NCBI RefSeq assembly: GCF_009914755.1
Contig: NC_060933.1
DNA: 64,000 bases
Origin: the human T2T-CHM13v2.0 reference genome, Homo sapiens
Reading direction: 5' to 3' (one strand)
In this document: in pieces, positions 1 to 12,480 of the stretch
How the letters are laid out: each line of letters begins with the position of its first letter
Position numbering within the stretch: the stretch's first letter is position 1
The notes under the pieces: generated by a model
Databases searched by the model: none
Told to the model about the DNA's origin: nothing
The model's input: only the letters and a program-made list of their open reading frames with translations
Made by a program: the position numbers and the translations under genes

Positions 1-48
1 GGCCTCCCAAAGTGCTGGGATTACAGGCGTGAGCCACCGTGCCCTGCT
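1..48 (-). mobile_element. Alu 5' end (cut by the window edge)
   Basis: ggcctcccaaagtgctgggattacaggcgtgagccaccg. Confidence 0.9.
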
Positions 49-59
49 CAGCCTTTCTT

Positions 60-1687
<1,628 letters not shown>

Positions 1688-2145
1688 TCCTTAAGATAAT
1701 TTCCAAAAACAGATTTACTGGAGAAAACATTTTTAGGTCTTTCGATATTTACAGCTATATTATACTGTTATACTACAGACCCCAATGTTTGAGTATGCCT
1801 ATTTCTCCATATTCTCTCCAGCAATGAGGACTCCCTTTGAAACACCTGGCTTATTTTATATGTGGCTCTAAAATGTTTGTATTTTACAATGTTGATAAGG
1901 ATAAATATTTTCACAAATGTTTACTACTCATTTGATTTTTTGGACCATTTGGGAATCAGTGATTTTTATTTCTATGTGTATTCACAAAAGGTACTTATAA
2001 CTGGTTGCAGACTGTGGGGACAGTAACCTTCTGCCTTTGAGAATTTGCTACCAAATGCCAAAAGCATATTTCACCTTCCTGGTGAATTTTGTGCATGCTC
2101 GGCGGAAGAGGCTGTCTGGGGCCCTAGTCAAAGAGTAGCATCCTA

Positions 2146-2482
2146 GGCCGGTGTGGTGGTTCACACCTGTAATCCCAGCACTTTGGGAGGCCAAGATGGA
2201 TGGATCACTTGAGGCCAGGAGTTCAAGAGCAGTCTGGCCAACATAGCAAAACTCCACCTCTACTAAAAATAAAAAATAAAAATAAAAATAAAAATTAGCC
2301 AGGGGTGGTGGTGCATGCCTGTAATCCCAGTTACTTGGGAGGCTGACACATGAGAATTGCTTGAACCCAGAAAGTGTAGGTTGCAGTGAGCCTAGATCAC
2401 ACTACCGAACTCCAGCCTGGGTGACAGAGCAAGACTCTGTCTCAAAAAAACCCCAAAACCAAACCAAAACCAAAACCAAAAA
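2146..2482 (+). mobile_element. AluS/J with a (CAAAA)-like tail
   Basis: Full dimer; TSD caaagagtagca on both sides. Confidence 0.92.
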
Positions 2483-2716
2483 CATCCAAAGAGTAGCAGC
2501 CTGATCTTGTTTAGAGGGTCAGTGGCATGAGTAAAGATCTACCATTCATTCACTCATTCAATCTATATTTACTGAGATCCTGTAGCACATAGTCTACAGC
2601 AGATCTATATGAAGGGCAACTTGGTATGGGCCAGGGTCATCCTCACAGACCTGATAATCTAGCAGGGAAGAGAGATATTAAACAATCACTGAGAAAAGTA
2701 TGTAATTCTAAATACA

Positions 2717-3287
<571 letters not shown>

Positions 3288-3961
3288 TTAAACTGAGACA
3301 AAGAATGAGAAAGAGTTATTAACCAGAATGGGGGAAGGAGCATTCCAGGTGGAAGAAATAGCCTGTGTAAAAGCCTCGAAGCAGGAATGACTACAGACAG
3401 TCTGCTGCCGCAAGCGCAGTTTCACACATCACTTGCCCTTGTGTCAGTGGGAGTATGGAGGAGAGGATGGCAAAATGCACAATTTGGAAACTCTGAAGAG
3501 AGAATGAACAAAGTTAACAAGTTTTGAAGTTCTCAACATAGCATAAGGAATCACTACACTGCCTCCTGCTAGAATATGCAAATGGTTAAAATTTTCTAAA
3601 ACCTGATGTCTGAATAGTGATACTGACAGGGCCAGCTGCTTTATATACAAAATAGCCTTTACTTCAGAAAAGGCCTCATGCTTCTAAGCTGTTTCCAGGG
3701 ATGCTCCCAACTTAGGAAGACAGTTTAACAGGAAAATATTAATCACAGAGTGCTAAACAGGATGCAGCCTCTCTACCAAAAAGCACAAAATCAATCATTT
3801 CACTTTGGGATATACTTTGGCACGAAGACTGCAGTCTGCCTTGGAAAACAGTCACTTCAAATCTGCCTAGGGAAACCAGACCAGTGAGCGTTTCCAAACA
3901 CATGACTTCTAAGCAAGTTTGCAACGGACAAAGCGGGCATGGAGCGAGGCGGCCAACGTAC

Positions 3962-4069
3962 TGTTCTCGCGGACCAGGCAGAACTCCCATGCGCTCTGGC
4001 TCTCCAAAGTGCTGTCCAGGTCAACGGCGACATTGGGCTCGCTCTGCTTCTCCAGGCGGTACTGAGGGC
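3962..4069 (-). CDS. MAPKAP1: MAPKAP1 coding exon (probably exon 8), 108 nt, C-terminal half of the Ras-binding domain; symmetric cassette
   Basis: Acceptor cctgcccctttgatcttccag|GC CCT CAG and donor GAG AAC A|gtacgt. Translates (G)[35 protein letters not shown](S). Phase 1 at both ends. Confidence 0.98.
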
Positions 4070-5538
4070 CTGGAAGATCAAAGGGGCAGGAGGAGGGGAG
4101 GAAGTCTGAAACAGCGAATTTAACATTTAAAAAACACCACATACTGGTGAAAAGCTGATAAAGCCTTAGTAAAGTGTTAAAGTCTGTCTTGAGGGTCTAG
4201 CTATCCAGGATGGAAGTTTGGGGTTTCTTTTGCATAAGGCTTCACATTCTTCACTGTTCTATTATCAAGTCTGTTGCCACTCAGTTCTCCCCGAAACCAA
4301 GTAAGAGGTAAATGGCCTTTGAGTCAGAGTGACTACGCCACTTCTCAGATATGAGCAGGTCACCTACCCTCTCTGAACCTCCGTTTCCTAATATGTAATG
4401 TAGGAATAGTTATACCTTGAAAGATTGTTGTAAGGATCAGAGGTGATGTAGGAAAAATGCTTATTAGAAATGTACCTGCCTCACAGGAGGCAAAGGTATT
4501 TATTAATAATTATGTAACAATAAATTACAATCAGGAATAAGATATGTGTAGAACTCTAATATAATAACAGTCCAAAAAATTCAAAACAAATTGTAAACAG
4601 GTAAGCTTAAATAAATAAAGCTCAGATGACCTGGCATTCATATGTGGAAAAAGTTTTTAAATTAAAAAAATCTCAGATTTCTGAGTTACGATGATGAAAA
4701 GACAGTGGCTACCGATTCACATTTTTGTTGAAACATTTATGAAAACACGAGACACAGGTTCAGTAGTACTGGAAGCCAGGAATACTAGCTACCCTGCATC
4801 ACATAGAGGGTTCTTCTGGCAGACCTTAATAAAACACTGCAGCATTTTATACATTTATTCATGTATTTCTTTGTCAACCCAAATGACAATCTTGTTCTTC
4901 TCAGATAACACATAACGGGTCCAATGATCAGATTCAAAAGACTGCTCCTGTGATCTGTTAATGGTTATTGAAAGGATTAGAGGCATAAGAAACTGTCTTA
5001 TTATTTTGACTCTGAAAGGCGTGTTTGGTCAGACAGAAGGAGAGGTGAGAGAGCTGAGGGAAGCATCAGAGGCCGTGCAGGGCTCCCAGGCGGAACACGT
5101 ATTTTTAGATATGTTCTTCAGCTGCTGTCAACTTGTGGATTAATCACATCTAGTGCTTCTCTATCATCAGCATGAGGCATTTCACTCATTTCCAGTCATT
5201 CTCCTTCCCATGTTCTATGTTCAGCTGTAGCACTGTAGAGATTCATTTCAGTTTCAGGGTATATTTGATCTTTTCTCTAACTGGTATTTCATTAGCACTT
5301 CTGCCTATTCTGAATTCTTACATACATTCAGTCCTTTTTACACTACTTAAATAAAGCTTTTAAACCTTTGTAAGTAAACAAATGCTTAAAACATATACAA
5401 CTATTTAAGCATATGCTCAGAAGCCTACACAGTTCTTTTAAACTCTAATACACTATATTTATATCAAAAAGGTATTGTGTTTTAAAATTATTGGTAGTAA
5501 ATTCATTTTTTTTTTAAATTCTAATTTCAAAAGTGTTA

Positions 5539-6027
<489 letters not shown>

Positions 6028-6220
6028 CTAGCAGAGGAAAGGGAGTTACCCCTGAACCTGGAGGGCTGCTTTCTAAGATAATGGCCTATTAAACAATCTC
6101 TGACTGTTCCTATCTCCAAAATCTCCCAGCAACACAGTGTGCAGAAGCAACTGACATCCACTTCTATAAATTTACAGTGAAATCTGGGTATAAAGTTTAG
6201 CTGTAATAATTCATTTCCCA

Positions 6221-6495
6221 GGCTGAGTATGGTGGCTCACATCTGTTATCCCAGCGCTTTGGGGGAGCCAAGGCAGGAGGATCACTTGAGGCCAGGAGTT
6301 TGAGGCCAGCCTGGGAAACACAGTGAGCCTTCATCTCTACAAAAAAATTTTTTTAAATTAGCTGGGTGTGGTGGTGCATGCCTGTAGTCCCAGCTACTGG
6401 GGAGGCTGAGGTGGATCTCCTGAGCCCAGGGGTTTGAGGCTGCAATGAGCTATGACTGTGCCACTGCACTAGAACCTATCTCCAAAAAAATTTTT
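6221..6495 (+). mobile_element. AluJ with a 3' deletion
   Basis: Alu consensus match. Confidence 0.87.
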
Positions 6496-6496
6496 A

Positions 6497-7115
6497 AAAA
6501 TAATAGCCCAAATTTAGGAACAACCTAGGTCTAATACGGGGACTGATTAAATAAAATATTATGAAATACCATAAAAATATTAAATGTGATGCTACAAAAA
6601 TATTTAATTTTATAAAACATGTTTATAATATGCTACTTTATGAAAGCAGCAAATTACAGCACATTTTAAATTATAATTATAAAAATACAAATTATAATTT
6701 TTAAAATATAATAGCAGAGTGGAGTGACTATAGTTACCAACAATGTACTATATATTTCAAAACAAGCTAGAATAGTGGACATGAAATGTTCCCAGTGTAT
6801 AGAAATGATAAATACCCCAGGTGGTACCCAAATACCCTGACTTGATCATTACACATTCTATGAATGTAACAAAATATCACGTGTACTCCACAGATATATA
6901 TAAACATTATGTATGAATTTTAAAAAGGTAAATCTAAGCAAAAAAATATGTAAAGGAATAGAGGAAAAAAGACTAGGAGGTTATTCCTAAAATGTGAATA
7001 GTAGTTATAATTGATAGTGGAATTAATAATTGTTTTTATTTTTGCTTTGTGTTTTTTTGTATTTTTCAAATTTGCTATAATAAATGAAGGCCACTTTTGT
7101 AATTTAAAAACACCA
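6497..7115 (+). mobile_element. L1M 3'-end fragments (an L1MA-like piece at ~6700-6925 inside older L1)
   Basis: gtgactatagtt...aatgta...aaataccctgacttgatcattacacattctatg is typical of the L1MA 3' end. Confidence 0.7.
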
Positions 7116-8559
7116 GATAAACTTAAAAGTTCTCCAATTTCTTACTATGACATCTTTTTGAGGCTACTATAATTAGCACACATTGTGGCATCTCCAATGG
7201 GTCATTCACATGCAGTAATTTAATCAAAAGCAGACACGATCTGTTTATGTAGACATATTTTCATGTGAAGCAACCGTGCACCCTGGCATGTGTACTCTGA
7301 GAGCAGTGCACAGACTGTCGGGCTTCTCAAGCTGTCAGGCTACCTGACAGCTGGATTATATATAAGCTACCACTTTCCTGATTACTGGGAACTAAGGCCT
7401 GGCTGCATCAGGAGGAATTTCAGGCCGGTCTCCTTTGCACATTTTTTCCTACCAGTCTTTGCAGCTGCCTGGGAAACGTGGATCAGGGAAAACAGGGGAG
7501 TCAGGGAGTACCAGGAAGGATCCCTTATCCCTGAAGACAACTCCCTGCCCCACTCTCAAAGCCATAAATGCCATCATCTGACATTCATTTTATTTCTTGG
7601 ATCTTGCAGATATTTCTATTAAAATTAGTTTTCTGAAAGTAGCTTCTTGGACTTTGTCCTATGAAGCCTAGCATGTTGATGACTTTAATACATGCTTATT
7701 ATGTGCCAAGCATGCTATATACCTTACCTTATTGAATCCTCACAGTAACCCCCAGAGGCAGATATATTAGCCCCAGTTTACAGATTGGGATGCTGGTGAA
7801 GTAACTTGCCCAAGATCACAAAGGTAAAAAGTAGGAAGGGGGAAAAATGAAACCCATGGGGGTCTTCTGGCTCTAAAGCTAGTCTGCCTTGAACCCTCCT
7901 TCCTCCTGCAAACTACAAATTACTGGCCAATTATAAAAAGGCCATAGTTTATACCATAAATAAAGGTTTCTGTAGATTTGTGGATTCATCTAGAATCTGA
8001 ATCACTTAACTTCTATAAATTCAAAATGAAAATGATCTGAAACTATTTATTCCAACAAACCCACACATACCAAGTATTTCATGCTCTGGCTGCCTTCTGA
8101 GTCCATGGTAGTACCATTCCCTCTTACGAAGACATGACCAGACATGATCACCTTGTCTTTCTATCCATCCAGGAAGGCCCATCCATCTTTCCTTAGGAAT
8201 ACTGCTAATATTCTACGCTCAGTTTAGTCAGTAACTGAAAATCCGTGTGTTTTCTGCCCTGGGTACTCCCTGCTCATCCATCAAAGCTGAAGAACAACTT
8301 GGAAACCCACTTCTGAACTTAGCAAGGGACCAATGGGTAACAACCTGGGGGAAGGCAGGGTGGTTAAGCTGCATATGAAACTCGATATCTAAATCCAAAT
8401 GGAAAACTGCTTTTTATAAATCTGCATTTCTCTCCATAATCCTCACCTGAATAGTGGATATTTCACAGAGAAAGATTATAGTATTTTACACATTTTCCCT
8501 CCAAAAAGGCCAGGATGATAATTTCAGGTCTTACTGTGTAATGAGAGGCAGGGTATATA

Positions 8560-8806
8560 CGAGAGGCAATATAGCCAGGTGGTTAAGGGCATAAACTTGG
8601 GGCCCAATTGCCTTGGCCTAAGTCCTGGCCAAGCAATTTTGCTGTATGACTTTGGGCCAACTTAACCTCTCAGTTTTCTTCTTTATAAAACAGGGGATAA
8701 TAATAGCACCTACCTCACAGGATTGTCTAAAGTTTCAACGAACTAATAGTTGTAAGGCAGTTGGAACAATGTCCAATGCATTAATAGTGTGATTTAAGTA
8801 TCAGCT
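8560..8806 (+). mobile_element. MIR
   Basis: gctgtatgactttgggc...aacctctcagtttt...ggggataataatagcacctacctcacaggattg. Confidence 0.75.
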
Positions 8807-8817
8807 ATCATCATCAC

Positions 8818-8858
<41 letters not shown>
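8807..8858. repeat. (ATC)n microsatellite, about 17 units, at the MIR tail
   Basis: Direct reading; one ACC interruption. Confidence 0.95.
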
Positions 8859-10168
8859 GACTGTAATAATACTAAGTGATCCTAACAGCATGGACAATCT
8901 AACTACCACCATCACAGGCCCTACTATGTGACAAGTGCTGTGCTAGGTCTTTTATGTACAGATCATCTCATTCACTCTTTGGTCACCCTAAGATGTAAAG
9001 AGTTTATAAACCCACTTAAGAGAGGAGAAACTGTGATTTATAGAGGTTAAATAACTTGCTCAGTGTCCCTCAGGAACTAGTAGAAGTGAGAGAATTCATA
9101 CCTAGGACTGCCCAGGCCTGCACTCTCTATATTGCATTATGAACCACAGCATCTCACTCACACAAAGTTCTTAATAAATGCCTGTTGACAGTGAAGATTA
9201 TGATAACCCAGACCTATATCAAAGTACAGTCTCCATCAAATACTTGTTTAATTTTTAGGAGGCTGACATGGGAGGAAAATAAAAATAGCATCCAAAAGCC
9301 ATTTCAAAAAGACAAACTGTGAGGTCAATTTCTATGAATATACTTTTTGCCAAAGAAATGATTATATAAAATATAAAGGGCTCTTTCACACTGAACAGGA
9401 CAAGGTTCTCAAGGCAACATCCACACTTTGGAAAGAGGATTTAAAAAGTCACAGCTGCGCATGAAGCCGCATACCCTCCATTTCACAGCAGAGAGGAACA
9501 CAAAAGGAAGATTCTGGGAAGCAGTTACTCTGCAGCGACGGGAAAACCTGCTTGGGCATTCCAATGATGTATTTATTGCAGTAATACCATGTCACCGAAT
9601 GGCCTAGGAACAAAATATTGCTTTGGGCACTTTGGGAGGGTTCCAAGTTATAATACCCAGGCAGGATTTTTATGGGATTTTGTAAACCCGAGGCAAACAT
9701 CTCAGCACATAAGTTTCAAAGAAAATCTGCAGAATCTGTTGGTTGGTGGCTACATGCTCAGAGCAGCTTCCTCGATCCCTTTAACCCCTAACTGAAACAT
9801 AAAAGGTTTTAGCATGCAATTCTTTAACAGCTGCTAGCTAGCTGAAAGCTGAAATCCAATGGAAAGCAAGTGCCTGCCAAAGTCCGAAGAGAGGGAAGAC
9901 ACACTGTCGCCTCCATTGCTCTGTGTCTTCTTTCTAGAGACCCGTGGGAGAAACTTCTTTCAGATCCTGGTATCAGGAAAAGCTGTACTTCCCTGGAGCA
10001 AAGGGCTTGCTTTTGTATCTTTAGAAAGTTTAACATAAATCTTGTAACTAGCTCCTATCATGTCCCTTTCTCCTTTGCCCATCAGGAAGCTCAGCACTAA
10101 ATGTTCGTGTGACTATGATGACCTGGACATGCATTTCTCTGCCAGCTCCTCCTCCTGGGGACTCGTAA

Positions 10169-10535
<367 letters not shown>

Positions 10536-10554
10536 TCGTATGTATATTTTTTTA

Positions 10555-10860
10555 AGAGGTGGGGTCTCGCTATATTGCCCAGGCTGGAGTGCAGTGGCTG
10601 TTCACAGGTGCGATCCCATTACCGATCAGCACAGGCGTTTTGACCTGCACGTTTCCAACATGGGCCGGTTTACCCCTCCTTAGGCAACCTGGTGGTTACC
10701 CACTCCCGGGAGCTCACCATACTGATGCTGAACTTAGTGTGGACATCTGATCAGCATAGCGCTGATCTAGGCTGTAGCCCAGAAATCCTGGACTCAAGCA
10801 ACCCTCCCATATCAGCCTCCTGAGGAGCTGGGACCACAGGTACACACCACTGCACTCAGT
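10555..10860 (-). pseudogene. Full-length 7SL (SRP RNA) retropseudogene
   Basis: Reverse complement follows 7SL RNA along its whole length, including the S domain that Alus lack (ccccTCCTTAGGCAACCTGGTGG..., CACCATAcTGATGCtGAACTTAGTG). It has many substitutions, a small insertion and a short A tail. Confidence 0.93.
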
Positions 10861-11518
10861 GGTTTGTGTATTTTAAAATCTATTATAATAATTCCAAATA
10901 TTTTTGGGATCAAGGTAGGATATAAGTGAATTAACCTATCATCATCATTGCTGACCATAAGAACAAGTTTGAGAATCACCTGTGCAAGGAAAAATGACAG
11001 TCAAAAGCTGAACACTTTCATGGTTATGTCTTCATGTCAACTGTTTTCCATTCACCAATTTAAAGAGCTGCTTTAATCTGAAAGAGCTTCTGGTAGCCAG
11101 AAAAAAGCTAAGTGTGAGCAGTAAGAGGAAAGGCTAGACTTGAGCAGAACATCCCTGGTGTTTGTGCCATGAGAGGGAGTAACGCTGCCAGCTATGCATC
11201 CTTGGGAAGGAATTTAAACTCATCTGTAAAATAGGGATAACAGAGCTTCCCTCAGAAGGTTGCTGTGAGGATTAAATGAGACAATGCAGGACTTCCCTTA
11301 GCAAAGTGCTCGGTCAATGAGAGCTGCTATTATTGCAAATACAGACTGAAACAGAAACCACTGCAATAAGGTTTAGGTAGATCCCTAGCCTATGAGTCAC
11401 AACAGGCTCACAGCCTTACCAGGGAGGGCACACCGGGGCAGGGAATGCTGGCATCAAAGCGAAAGTCTGTGCTCTTTCCCTCGTGTGTCCAAAGTAGGGG
11501 TGCAGGGTGCATATCTAT

Positions 11519-11699
11519 TTAAACAAGCTTGCTTTTAAGCTGCAGACGGCATTTAAGATTAGAGACTTGCTCAGCAGCCAGGATTCCTACAGTTCCCTAG
11601 TCTCTCAGGTCCTACAAATATAGTCTAAAAATGACGAGTAAATGTCAGAACCCACAGAACAAACCACGGCAGCACAGATATCAAAGGACACGTGACGCT
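11519..11699 (+). repeat. Left arm of a ~180-bp inverted repeat
   Basis: About 90% identical to the reverse complement of 12098-12276 by manual alignment. Confidence 0.95.
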
Positions 11700-11704
11700 G
11701 GGTC

Positions 11705-12090
11705 TGAGCTCACATGTCCACCCCACACAGCCTTGGCTTCTTCCACAATGACCTTCCATGGTCCACGTGGGTTCCTCAGTGCCTCCTGGCTTCTGCACGT
11801 GCCATTCCCTCTTCCCTCTTCTTCACCTAGCTCTGAGTCCTGCTTCAAGACAACCTGGTTCAGATGTTTCCACCTCAGGGAAGGGGAGGGTGGAGCTACC
11901 TGTCCCCTTCTCTGTGCTCCCACACAGCGCCTTGTTCCTACCTTGGTAGGAACACTCATTGGGCTCTTCTATAATTTACCAGCTCAAGCTGCCTCGCTGC
12001 CTCCCCCAGCCTCGAGGCAGGGATGAGTAATCTCTGTGCTTGGTGCATTGTTGATGCTCAAAAAATATTCATTAGATGGATGTTTGGATG
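11705..12090 (+). mobile_element. L2 3' end, inside the inverted-repeat spacer
   Basis: ttctgcacgtgccattccctct... and terminal gatgctcaaaaaatattcattagatggatg. Confidence 0.6.
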
Positions 12091-12097
12091 GTAGTGT

Positions 12098-12276
12098 AGC
12101 ATCACATGTCCTTTGATATCTGTGCGATCATGGTTTGTTCTGTGGGTTCTGACATTTACTTGTCATTTTTAGTCAATATTTGTAGGACCTGAGAGACTGA
12201 GGAACTGTGAATCCTGGCTGCCGAGCAAGTCTCTAATCTTAAATGCTGCCTATAGCTTAAAAGCAAGCTTGTTCAA
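12098..12276 (-). repeat. Right arm of a ~180-bp inverted repeat
   Basis: About 90% identical to the reverse complement of 11519-11699 by manual alignment. Confidence 0.95.
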
Positions 12277-12480
12277 GGAGGAGCTGAGGCTGAGAAGCTT
12301 GGCCCAGATTGTTGGTCAAGATTTGGATTTTCTCTCATATGCAACAGGTGCTAACAGAGCAGGAAAGTGACACAATCAGCTTTATATTTTGGTGAGATTC
12401 TTCTGGTGGCACTGCTGACAATGGGCTGGAGACTTATGGCAGGAAGACCCATTCCAGGAGGATCGTGCCAAGCCTTGACT
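12277..12480 (-). mobile_element. L2 body fragment, opposite orientation to the spacer L2
   Basis: ggcccagatt...gatttggattttct...agagcaggaaagtgacacaatcagctttatatttt...ttcttctggtggc. Confidence 0.6.

Noticed and set aside
3884-4123. Plus-strand ORF antisense to the 108-nt exon (and likewise 57373..57621 over the 177-nt exon)
   Set aside because: Shadow ORFs expected opposite GC-rich coding sequence; no recognisable protein or gene structure.
10555-10860. Functional SRP RNA gene
   Set aside because: Numerous substitutions, CpG decay, an insertion and an A tail indicate a retropseudogene.
11519-12276. Inverted repeat interpreted as transposon terminal inverted repeats (MITE)
   Set aside because: No flanking TSD and no recognised family. 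The interior is an L2 fragment that appears contiguous with L2 outside the repeat once inverted.
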